Part shown: positions 7,202 through 15,185 of the stretch, in pieces
Position numbering within the stretch: the stretch's first letter is position 1
Layout: every line of letters begins with the position of its first letter
Assembly: GCA_021828085.1 (NCBI GenBank)
Contig: JAKATE010000031.1
Coordinates: forward strand, 1-16,422
Length of the DNA stretch: 16,422 nucleotides
Direction of reading: 5' to 3'
Origin: Thermoplasmata archaeon
Lineage (GTDB): Archaea; Thermoplasmatota; Thermoplasmata; Lutacidiplasmatales; UBA184
Made by a program: the position numbers and the translations under genes
Notes under the pieces: generated by a model
Seen by the model: the letters and a program-made list of their open reading frames with translations, nothing else
Database searches by the model: none
Told to the model about the DNA's origin: nothing

Positions 7202-8407
7202 TCAAGGGGAAGCTCCGAGGACCTTCGTCCTCAGGACTTCGGCCAGCGTCGCGGCGTTCTTCCGCGCGTCGAAGAGCTTCACGGCCCGCCGATGGCCCGC
7301 TTCGCCCAACCGTGACCGGAGCGCGGGAGCCGTGGCGAGCCGGTCCACCGCGGCCGCGAGGGCCGTCGGGTCGTCCGGGGTGACGAGCAGCCCCGTCGTC
7401 CCCTCTTCGATGACCTCCGGGAGGGCGCCGGTCCGGGACCCGATCGCCGGCAGGCCGCAGGCCATGCTCTCGACGACGAACTGGGAGAACTGCTCCCGCC
7501 ACTGGTCGGTGGGGATGGAGGGGGCGACCGCGATGTCGCTCCCCGCGAGCACCTTCGAACGGAGCTCCGCGTGGGGGACCCACCCCCAGAGCTCCACCCG
7601 GCGCTCGACCCCGAGGTCGCGCGCCCGCCGGGCGACGCGCTTCTCCTCGCCCGTCCCCACGACGTGGAGCTTCACCCGGGCGTCCATCGCCGGGAGAGCT
7701 TCGAGCAGGGTGTAGATCCCCTTGAAGAAACCGAGGCGGCCCACGAAGGTGAGGACGACCTCCTCCGCTCCGGCCCCGAGCGCCTTGCGGGAGGCCTCCC
7801 GCTCGGGAGCGCTGGGCGGGCGGAACTCCGACACGTCGATCCCGCAGTAGACGAGCGTCCTCCTCTCGCGGGAGACCCCCATCCGGTCGAGCGCGGCCTC
7901 CGCGCTCGCGGTGAAGGGCACGAAATGGTCCGCCCCGTCGAGGACCGCGCGGTAGTGCTGCGCGAGCGGCCGGTCCTCCGGCCAGTTGAACGGGATGTTC
8001 TCCCAGACCTGGACGACCACCTTGGCCCGGGGCTTGTGCTTCAGGCACTGGTAGCTCGTCGGATGCCCGAAGTCGACGGGGAAGAGGACGTCCGAGTCCC
8101 GGACCGCCTTGTCGAACCCCACGAGGTACTCGTGGTAGTACCGGTAGGAGGAGACCTGGCCGATCAGGTACCCTCCGGCCATCGTCCGGCTGATCCGGCC
8201 GGCGATGGGAGGCACGGGCAGGCGGCGCACCGGCATCGGCACCTCCCGGTCCGTGTACGACGTCCGTCGCGCCCCGAGAAGCTCGGGGTCGAACCCGTGC
8301 TCCTTCAGGTGCGCGTAGATCTGCAGCTCGGAGAGGTTCGCGAGCTGGGTGCCGCGTATCACGGTGACCCGCGGGCGTCGCGCGGCCCCTGCCCCGAGAT
8401 CCTCCAC
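7202..8407 (-). CDS. GT4-family glycosyltransferase, 401 aa
   Basis: It carries FVVESMACGLPAIGSRTGALPEVIEEGTTGLL, a classic GT4 E-x7-E / donor-binding motif. The GTG start is preceded by the purine-rich SD-like gggagagggaagga, consistent with an operon-internal gene. Confidence 0.85.
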   Translation of the reverse strand: MEDLGAGAARRPRVTVIRGTQLANLSELQIYAHLKEHGFDPELLGARRTSYTDREVPMPVRRLPVPPIAGRISRTMAGGYLIGQVSSYRYYHEYLVGFDKAVRDSDVLFPVDFGHPTSYQCLKHKPRAKVVVQVWENIPFNWPEDRPLAQHYRAVLDGADHFVPFTASAEAALDRMGVSRERRTLVYCGIDVSEFRPPSAPEREASRKALGAGAEEVVLTFVGRLGFFKGIYTLLEALPAMDARVKLHVVGTGEEKRVARRARDLGVERRVELWGWVPHAELRSKVLAGSDIAVAPSIPTDQWREQFSQFVVESMACGLPAIGSRTGALPEVIEEGTTGLLVTPDDPTALAAAVDRLATAPALRSRLGEAGHRRAVKLFDARKNAATLAEVLRTKVLGASP

Positions 8408-8465
8408 GTCCTTCCCTCTCCCGTTCCTATGACCCGATCGACCGTTGTTCGCGCACCCGGGGGTC

Positions 8466-9581
8466 CTACCCCTTCAGGATGCCTCGGGCCTCCAGCTCCT
8501 GGTGCGCCGCCTTCACGTGGTCCTCGGCGGTGTGCTCGCGGCTCCAGGCGTGGAGCTCCGCGAGCCCGTCCCGCAGGTTCACCTTCGGCTCGTACCCCAA
8601 CAGCTGTCGGGACCGGGTCAGGTCGGCCGTGCAGTGGCGGACGTCCCCCGGGCGGAACTTGTTGGGTTGGTCGAGAGGAAGTTCCCGGCCCTCGAGCTCC
8701 ATCAGGATGCGGGCGACCTCCCGCACGGAGCTCGCCTTCCCCGACGCGAGGTTCACCGCCTGGCCCACCGCTTGCGGGCGCTCCATGGCGAGGAGGAGCC
8801 CTGCGACGATGTCGTGGACGGAGACGAAGTCACGGGTCTGGAGCCCGTCCTCGTAGACGATGGGGGCGTGGCCGTGCCGGATCTGCGCCAGGAAGATCGC
8901 CGTGAGCCCCGTGTAGGGATTGCTCAGCCCCTGACGGGGCCCGTAGGTGTTGAAGAACCGGCAGGAGACGCTGGGGAGGTCGTAGGCCCGGCCCAGCATG
9001 AGCGTGAGCTGTTCCTGCGAGAGCTTCGTCTGGGCGTACACCGTGCTCGGCTGGATCGTCTTGGTCTCCTCGGTCGGCGCGGGGCGCGCCGTCGCCCCGC
9101 AGGTCGGGCAGCGCACCTCCCAGTCGTGCTGGAGGAGCTGGGAGTCCGGCCGGAGGTCCGGAGCGATCGGACCGCACTTCGAACAGAGGTAGCGGCCCTC
9201 TCCGTAGATCGTGTTGGAGGAGGCCACCACGAACCGCCGCAGACGCACCTTCTGGTCGATGATCCACTGAAGGAGGGTGGCGGTGCCCAGCGTGTTCGTC
9301 CGAACGAAGTGGTCCACCTGGTACATGCTCTGGGCCGTCCCGACGGCCGCCGCCAGATGGAAGACCACCTCCGTTCCGGGAAGGACCTTCGCGAGGGTCC
9401 CGCGGTCCGCAATGTCCGAGAAATGGTAGGTGGCCTTCGGGTTGAGGTAGTCCGGCCGGGTAGGGTGGACCTGCGGCACCAGGGAGTCCACCACATGGAC
9501 GCGGTCGCCTCGGGCGACCAGGGCATCGACGAGGTGTCCCCCGATGAACCCCGCTCCACCCGTGACCAGTACCTGCGCCAC
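8466..9581 (-). CDS. NAD(P)-dependent sugar-nucleotide epimerase/dehydratase (extended SDR) with a Cys4 zinc-ribbon insertion, 371 aa
   Basis: The Rossmann motif is VLVTGGAGFIGGHLV and the catalytic Y-x3-K is STVYAQTK. Between the SSNTIYG segment and the YxxxK there is a roughly 40-aa insert, CSKCGPIAPDLRPDSQLLQHDWEVRCPTCG. The GTG start is preceded by the SD-like gcggagga. Confidence 0.88.
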   Translation of the reverse strand: MAQVLVTGGAGFIGGHLVDALVARGDRVHVVDSLVPQVHPTRPDYLNPKATYHFSDIADRGTLAKVLPGTEVVFHLAAAVGTAQSMYQVDHFVRTNTLGTATLLQWIIDQKVRLRRFVVASSNTIYGEGRYLCSKCGPIAPDLRPDSQLLQHDWEVRCPTCGATARPAPTEETKTIQPSTVYAQTKLSQEQLTLMLGRAYDLPSVSCRFFNTYGPRQGLSNPYTGLTAIFLAQIRHGHAPIVYEDGLQTRDFVSVHDIVAGLLLAMERPQAVGQAVNLASGKASSVREVARILMELEGRELPLDQPNKFRPGDVRHCTADLTRSRQLLGYEPKVNLRDGLAELHAWSREHTAEDHVKAAHQELEARGILKG

Positions 9582-9642
9582 TCGTCCTCCGCGGCCGCCG
9601 ACCGAACGGCAGCCCGGGCCCCCTCCGCATGGTCGGTACGGA

Positions 9643-10812
9643 TTAAATGCGCCCCTTCCCCCGCAGGACGGCCCTTCGGCGGTCCTCTCGGGCCTCTCCC
9701 CACCCGGGAGGAAGCAGCTCCACCGCGGGCTGGCGCTCCGCGAGCATCTTGGGCACCGCGTCCGGGGGAAGGATCGACAGCCAGGTCTGCGAGCCGAGGC
9801 CGTTCACGCGACGGTACTTCCGGACCCAGTCCTCTCCCACCCTTTCCGAAGGGACGGACCCGACGCGTTCCCACTCTCCATCGCTCGACCGCAGCCAGAC
9901 CACCGCTTCGGCGCTTTCGCGCAGGTTGTCGGCCACGTAGGTGTGGGAAGTCATCCCGAGGGTCCTCGGGAAGGCGCCCCCTGACTCTGCAGGGGACTCG
10001 GACCCGGAAGGAGCCGGGGAGAGTGTGACCTGGGGGGTCTCCCCTGCGGGACTTGTCGCAGGCGGCGGTCCGGTGGCGCGGGACGAGGAGGGTGGAGGGT
10101 CGAAGGGGAGGAAGGCCAGGGGCAGCGGTCTCTGCGGAGTTGGCCCTTCCCCGGGCCCCCCGGAGGGTCCGCCGTGATCGTCCCCGTCGCCGGAGGCCCC
10201 TCCGTGTCGGCGGGACTTCGGGTCCGAGCTATCGGCGAGCGCTTCCAGGCGGGAGAGGCGGAGCACGGGCCGAACCAGCAGCAGGAACGCGAGCGCGATC
10301 GTGACCAGGATCACCGTCTCTCCGAAGCTCAGTCCAGGGAACGCCCAGGAGGCCCAGAAGGGCGCGTTGGAGGTCGCAGCGTTGACGGAGATGTTCACGT
10401 AGCAGGTCGCGACCGCCCCCAGGACGTCCGTGGCCCGCAGCTCGACCTCGAAGACCCCGACCGAGGTGAACACGTGGGAGGCGTTGCGGACCTGCGAGGT
10501 CGCCCCGTCCCCGAAGGACCATGAGAAGTTCACCGGGGCGACCCCCCCGGACTCCGCGGCGTCGAAGCTCACGCTGAGCGGAGAGCTGCCCGTGTTCGGG
10601 CTCGCCGCGATGCGCACGTCGAACGCGGGGGGGCTCCCCTGGGACGAGGGGGCATGCGCGCCGACCAGGGGGCAAGCGAGAAGCGTGAGCACGAGAAGAA
10701 CCCCCAGCGCTGCGAGCGCGGCGACCCTTGGGGCCCCCGCCGGGCGGACCGGGGGAGGACGGACCGCCCGCACGGAGGACCGAGCGCCGGCGCGGTCTCC
10801 AAGCCTCTCCAC
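9643..10812 (-). CDS. Bitopic membrane protein, 389 aa, with signal/anchor helix, extracellular PKD domain, second TM helix, G/D/P/S-rich linker and a C-terminal domain of about 100 aa of unknown function
   Basis: The PKD signature is SPLSVSFDAAESGGVAPVNFSWSFGDGATSQVRNASHVFTSVGVFEVELRATD. Hydrophobic helices are AALAALGVLLVLTLLACPLV and ETVILVTIALAFLLLV. The PKD domain contains three N-x-S sequons (NFS, NAS, NIS). The GTG start is preceded by the SD-like ggggag. An in-frame ATG at about 9954 could alternatively start a separate roughly 103-aa product. Confidence 0.65.
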   Translation of the reverse strand: MERLGDRAGARSSVRAVRPPPVRPAGAPRVAALAALGVLLVLTLLACPLVGAHAPSSQGSPPAFDVRIAASPNTGSSPLSVSFDAAESGGVAPVNFSWSFGDGATSQVRNASHVFTSVGVFEVELRATDVLGAVATCYVNISVNAATSNAPFWASWAFPGLSFGETVILVTIALAFLLLVRPVLRLSRLEALADSSDPKSRRHGGASGDGDDHGGPSGGPGEGPTPQRPLPLAFLPFDPPPSSSRATGPPPATSPAGETPQVTLSPAPSGSESPAESGGAFPRTLGMTSHTYVADNLRESAEAVVWLRSSDGEWERVGSVPSERVGEDWVRKYRRVNGLGSQTWLSILPPDAVPKMLAERQPAVELLPPGWGEAREDRRRAVLRGKGRI

Positions 10813-11008
10813 GAAGCTCCCCGACCTGCGACCCGAGAGTTCGGGCCGCGCGACCTTACCACGGAAACGCGGAGGGGTAAGGTGCGCGTGCAGCCGGATT
10901 GACCTTCGGGACCCGACCGCTCCCCCCGGGCCTCCACACCCCCCTCCGGGGCCGCGTCCGGGCCCGGGGGAGGTCCGGTTTCTCCTGACCCCGACCCTGA
11001 CCTGACCG

Positions 11009-11932
11009 TCAGATCATGGAGAGCAGCGACCGCGCCCGGGCGTCGTAGGAGTGGAGCTCGAGCGCTTTCGCCTGGACGGACGGGGAGAGCGGGGTCGCGG
11101 AACGCGCCAGTTCCACGGCGGCCGCGGCCATCTCCTTCGCGCCATCGCGTCCTCGGTCCGGGAAGGTGACCACCTCCTCGGCGATCTCTCCCAGACAGGC
11201 GTTCAGGTCCGTGACGGAGTCGGTCACCAGGCGGCATCCCGCGCAGACCGCCTCGAACGGACGGATCGACACCTCCCCGTTCTCCGAGAGATGAAGCGTG
11301 GCTCGGCTCGTCCGCAGGTGGCGGGAGTACCCCCAGGGGGGCGCGAAGGACTCCGTCACCTGCAGCGTGGGCATCAGCCGCTGGGCCTCCCGGAGGAAGG
11401 TCGTTCGCTTCCCTGCCTTGACCACCCCGACGAAGGAGGCGTCGACGCTCCTCGTCTCGCCCTGCGGCTGGAAGAGCCTGCGGTCGGCCCCGAACGGGAA
11501 CGTGACGACACGCGAGGAAGGGAAGTCCTCCTTCAGCCAGGCGGACTCCTTCGGTTGGGCGTTGAGGATGAGGTCGTAGCCCCGGTCAAGCGTGCGGTAC
11601 CGCCCTTGCTCCCGGCCGAGGGGGGTGTCCCAGGCCCAGTACGCGCTCTTTCTCCCAAGCCCCCGGACCCGGAAGGGCACGTTGAGCCACTCCCCCACGA
11701 GCACCAGGTCGAAGGGGCCGACGCGGTCGTACTGGCGGGCCGCGTGGCGGAAGGTGGGGTTGAACCAGAACCGCGAGATGCTCGGCAGCCGGTAGGGGAT
11801 GGTGAAGAGGGCGGAGGACCGGTCCACGTAAACCGGCATCACGTCAACGTCGGGGATGCTCTCCAGCGCCCGCTGCAAGTAGTGGGAAGGGGACCAGGGC
11901 GGGAAGTCCCGGAAGAAGAGGATCCGAACCAT
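11009..11932 (-). CDS. CgeB-like / Glyco_trans_1_2-type glycosyltransferase, about 307 aa from the MVRILFF start
   Basis: The C-terminal RPFEAVCAGCRLVTD matches the conserved CgeB-family motif and the N-terminus is MVRILFFRDFPP. The longer track ORF (to 11974) would place its start 1-14 nt from a TATAAT-type box at 11975-11988. I therefore prefer the ATG at 11932. Confidence 0.55.
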   Translation of the reverse strand: MVRILFFRDFPPWSPSHYLQRALESIPDVDVMPVYVDRSSALFTIPYRLPSISRFWFNPTFRHAARQYDRVGPFDLVLVGEWLNVPFRVRGLGRKSAYWAWDTPLGREQGRYRTLDRGYDLILNAQPKESAWLKEDFPSSRVVTFPFGADRRLFQPQGETRSVDASFVGVVKAGKRTTFLREAQRLMPTLQVTESFAPPWGYSRHLRTSRATLHLSENGEVSIRPFEAVCAGCRLVTDSVTDLNACLGEIAEEVVTFPDRGRDGAKEMAAAAVELARSATPLSPSVQAKALELHSYDARARSLLSMI

Positions 11933-11974
11933 GCGGGGCCCGCGGACGCTCCTGGGCGGGCGCTGGAGCGGCAC

Positions 11975-11988
11975 CGTCTATAATAGCG
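11975..11988 (-). promoter_or_regulatory. TATA-like box (gtcTATAATAGcgc) about 45-55 nt upstream of the CgeB-like GT ATG
   Basis: This is a sharp A/T island in an otherwise roughly 70% GC, 300-bp intergenic region. An aggag-like purine tract lies about 17 nt upstream of the ATG. Confidence 0.35.
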
Positions 11989-12238
11989 CAGGGGAGGACC
12001 TTCGATGCCCTCCGAGCGAGGTTCGTTCGCTCAGGCGCCTTGGCGACCTCGCGAGCGCTCTGGGCCGAGGGGATGCGCGCGGTCCAGACGCATCGATCCA
12101 CGCCCGTTCCCGGGCGACAGCAGCCCGTGTTCCGAACGGTCCGGGCCGAGTGCCCGCGCGCCCATCGCGCAGGGGATGGGGGAGAGTCGACTCGAGTCCC
12201 GGACCCGAAGGGCGGGACACCCCGCAACCTTGCCGTGA

Positions 12239-13168
12239 TCAGGGCTCAGGCTTCTGGACCGCCCCGATGCGGGTGCTGCACAGCACACGTCCCTCAGGGT
12301 GGGCCTTCAGGAACTCGTCCCACGCGGAGTTGCGGAGCACGTCGTCGGAGACCATCCATCCTCCTGGAACGAGGTGGGACCATCCCCAGTCGAACTCCCA
12401 CTTCATGTTGGGATAGCCGTGATCGGAGTCGTGGAAGAACAGGTCCACCTTCCCGTCCCCACGGACGGTCAGGAACGACCGGGAATCCCCGACGTGGAGC
12501 GTCCATCGGTCCCTGAGGCGGTCCGGGATCCGCCATCCCGGTGACCTTCCCTTCGGGATGTGGATCGTGTCGACCTTCCCCGAGGAGTCGACGAAGCCCT
12601 TCGGGTCGTAGGTGGGCAGGTCGACGCTCTCGAGGTGACCTTTCCCGTTCGCGGCGAGTGCGCTCAGGATGTAGGAGGAGGAGACGCCGTGGGCCACGCC
12701 GGTCTCCACAAGGCTCTCCGGCCGGTACTTCCGGACGATGGAGTAGAGGAGCATCTCCTTGAACCGGGCGTTGCTCTCCGCGTAGGCGGTCGGGTCGTAC
12801 AGGTCGACGAGCGTCCTCAGGTCCTCGAGGGAGGGCGCCCCCAGCATGACGCGGAGGCCTCCCGCGGCCTGGAGGTAGAAGCGCATCGCGTCGGCGTTCG
12901 CGGCGCGCTTCTCTCCGAGGGGCGAGACGAACCGGAGCGTCCCCGGGCGCGCGCCCCCGACCCCCATGAGCTTCGCGACGGTGCGGAGGATCGCTCCCCG
13001 AGGGGACTCCACGGAGCCCTGGAGGAACTCGGGCCACCGGCGGAACATCGTGACGTACGGGTGGGAGAGGGGGTCGATGAGGGTCAGTGGCGCGCGCTCC
13101 GGAAGGTCGCCGCCCCTGCCGTCCGCTTCCCCTCGCACCCCGGACGTCACCGGGGACCGTGAGGCCAT
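12239..13168 (-). CDS. Class I SAM-dependent O-methyltransferase, TylF/MycF (Methyltransf_24)-like, probably a sugar O-methyltransferase; about 309 aa from the Met35 start
   Basis: The SAM-binding motif is LVETGVAHGVSSSYILSA...LESVDL and the C-terminal part is LFFHDSDHGYPNMKWEFDW...GGWMVSDDV, both typical of the TylF/CmcI sugar-OMT fold. The start was chosen at the ATG at 13168 because a TATA-like TTTAAGGTTT lies 26-35 nt upstream. The track ORF extends to 13270 and a Met75 alternative exists at about 13048. Confidence 0.7.
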   Translation of the reverse strand: MASRSPVTSGVRGEADGRGGDLPERAPLTLIDPLSHPYVTMFRRWPEFLQGSVESPRGAILRTVAKLMGVGGARPGTLRFVSPLGEKRAANADAMRFYLQAAGGLRVMLGAPSLEDLRTLVDLYDPTAYAESNARFKEMLLYSIVRKYRPESLVETGVAHGVSSSYILSALAANGKGHLESVDLPTYDPKGFVDSSGKVDTIHIPKGRSPGWRIPDRLRDRWTLHVGDSRSFLTVRGDGKVDLFFHDSDHGYPNMKWEFDWGWSHLVPGGWMVSDDVLRNSAWDEFLKAHPEGRVLCSTRIGAVQKPEP

Positions 13169-13193
13169 CTCCGATGCACTGCCCGACCGGCGG

Positions 13194-13203
13194 TTTAAGG
13201 TTT
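13194..13203 (-). promoter_or_regulatory. TATA-like element (TTTAAGGTTT) at leaderless-promoter distance from the methyltransferase ATG
   Basis: This is the only A/T-rich decamer in the region. The spacing to the ATG at 13168 equals the canonical archaeal TATA-to-TSS distance. Confidence 0.35.
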
Positions 13204-13354
13204 GGGCGGACCGCTCCCTGGAGAGGGCCGCCTGGGCGGTGCCTCCGCAGCGGGCGGCCCAGGACGACACCCCTGGGGGAGGGGCCCCCCTCGGGAGCGC
13301 GAGATCGCCCAGGGATCGACCGAAGGAGAAGGGACCCGCAGGTCCCCGCGATCG

Positions 13355-14404
13355 TCAGTCCAGTTCGTGGTACACCCGGGCGAGCTCGGCCGCCACGTGG
13401 GGCTCGCGGTAGCGGCCGAGGACCTCTTCCTCGGGAGGGACCGGACCGGCCGCGAGGGCGGACTCGATCGCCGAGGCCAGCCGTTCGGGCATCCCGGGGT
13501 CTTCCTTGCCCTCGCGGGTCACCCTCCGGCAGTCGTACTCGTAGTAGAACACCCCTGGGGCCTTCCCGTAGTCCGTCGTGTAGTTCAGTGCGCGAGGCAC
13601 GACGAGCCTCGTCCCCCTCGCATAGGCCTCGAAGGCCGCGGCGGGGAACCCTTCGTAGTAGCTGCTGTTGACGTAGACCTGGCTTGAACGGTAGAGGCGG
13701 TCGAGCTCCTCGAACGGGATCGGGAACTTCGGCATGGAGAGGGTGTGCCGCTCCTGCACCTTGGGGAGGAGGGAGGCGATCTTGGCGTTCTCCCGGACGA
13801 ACTCGGGCTGCTGGTGGAGCACCATGGAGACCCGGAGCTTCTGCCGCACGTGGAGCAGGGACTCCAGGAACTGCGCGGGGCCCTTTCGGGGGTGGTTCCC
13901 CCCGGTCCAGAGCACGTCCGTGTCGGTCGGCAGCCGTTGGAGCGGAGGGATCTTGAGCGGGAACCGGACGACCCGGGTCTTCTGGAAGGCGCGCTCTCCG
14001 AGGATCTCGCGCACCTCCTCGGCGATGGCAGGGTTGATCGCGACGATCCGACGTGCCCGGTCGGCCGCCTTGCGGTAGCGCCAGCAGCCCCATCGGCGGT
14101 CCGCCGGGCTCATCGTCCGGTCGAAGAAGGGGTAGAGGATGTGGTAGGTCACGACCGAGACCCCTCGGAAGGCGACCTCGGGCTCCACCGCGTGGTAGAG
14201 GTGCTTGCCATCGTAGGAGGAGAGCAGGAACTTCATGGCCGGCAGCACTCGGCCACCGACCCTCGACCCGTATCGACCCTTGACCGCGCGGGCCTCTGCC
14301 TGCATCCCCGCCTGGGTCACCGCTCGGGCGCAGTCCTCCGCCACGCGGCTCATGCTACTGGGGTGGTTCCGTTCCAGGAACGTGTAGCGGACCTGCACGT
14401 GCAC
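13355..14404 (-). CDS. GT4-family glycosyltransferase and first gene of the minus-strand cluster; the start is uncertain (GTG at 14404, ATG at 14353 or ATG near 14235)
   Basis: It carries the E-x7-E motif VNSSYYEGFPAAAFEAYARGTRLVV. An internal MKFLLSSYDGKHLYH resembles a typical GT4 N-terminus, so the true product may be about 293 aa. Confidence 0.72.
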   Translation of the reverse strand: MHVQVRYTFLERNHPSSMSRVAEDCARAVTQAGMQAEARAVKGRYGSRVGGRVLPAMKFLLSSYDGKHLYHAVEPEVAFRGVSVVTYHILYPFFDRTMSPADRRWGCWRYRKAADRARRIVAINPAIAEEVREILGERAFQKTRVVRFPLKIPPLQRLPTDTDVLWTGGNHPRKGPAQFLESLLHVRQKLRVSMVLHQQPEFVRENAKIASLLPKVQERHTLSMPKFPIPFEELDRLYRSSQVYVNSSYYEGFPAAAFEAYARGTRLVVPRALNYTTDYGKAPGVFYYEYDCRRVTREGKEDPGMPERLASAIESALAAGPVPPEEEVLGRYREPHVAAELARVYHELD

Positions 14405-15130
14405 TCCCGGGCCCCGCTACAAGATGAACCCAGCGGTCAAGGGTGACAGGTCCCCGTGAGGGTTCGGAGGACCCAGGGGGGTCGGAAGACCGAGAGGGGG
14501 ACCCGGGTGATGGACCGGATCCTGACGGTCTGGCGCACCTGCCGAAGGAGGGGGCTACCGTTCCTTGAGGTGGTCGCCGAGCGGTTGATCTGGGCAGGGA
14601 GCGGAAGGGGGCCACCCCTACCCGGGCCCACAGTCCGACTCGAGGGCCGGGTCAGAACGCTGAACTCTCACGGAGAGAACGGTGCGGCCCGGGAGCTTCC
14701 GGTGGCTCATGCACTGAGGTGAATTGTCCTCCGGGACAGACCCATGGGTAGCTGTCGGAATCCGTACGACGGGTCACGGGAGGCCGATCCGTGAGGTTAA
14801 CGTCGCGACAGTATACACCCACACATTTCATACACCAATAGTCAGCACAGATACCATATGCCTGCATATGATTTCTACATTAACCATAAACCGGAGCCGA
14901 CCAGTTCGCGACCCCCCTACATCCCCTCCAACAGAGATTACGGCAGGAGCGCGCCTTAGAATCACAAGATACGAGTTTGTAGACTTGTGTAAAGCTAAAC
15001 GCGATACACTGCTCGACCTCTTCGAGGGAGGATCGCCCGGAGGCCCTTTCCAGCCATTTTCATGGGCTCATGCGGCTCCCTGTGCCTCCAGCCGTGCTAC
15101 ACCCCCCTCCAGGCCCCCCTCCTCGAGGGT

Positions 15131-15154
15131 GCCGTATAACAGCAGTTATACGGC
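15131..15154. repeat. Perfect hairpin with a 10-bp stem (gccgtataac/gttatacggc) and a 4-nt loop (agca)
   Basis: Seen directly in the sequence. It lies about 155 nt downstream (minus sense) of the vapC stop, in the low-GC non-coding patch. Confidence 0.45.
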
Positions 15155-15169
15155 AAAACGGCCCCTCGG

Positions 15170-15185
15170 AGTCTTGAGAAAGACT
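15170..15185. repeat. Second hairpin with a 6-bp stem (agtctt/aagact) and a GAGA (GNRA) tetraloop
   Basis: Seen directly in the sequence, 15 nt from the first hairpin. The two are separated by aaaacggcccctcgg. Confidence 0.35.

Noticed and set aside
14931-14946. The 11-mer gagattacggc is repeated at about 14936 and about 16254, and the 10-mer acccgaccgc at about 10908 and about 15979
   Set aside because: A window of this size is expected to contain several chance 11-12-mer matches. Their flanks are not conserved.
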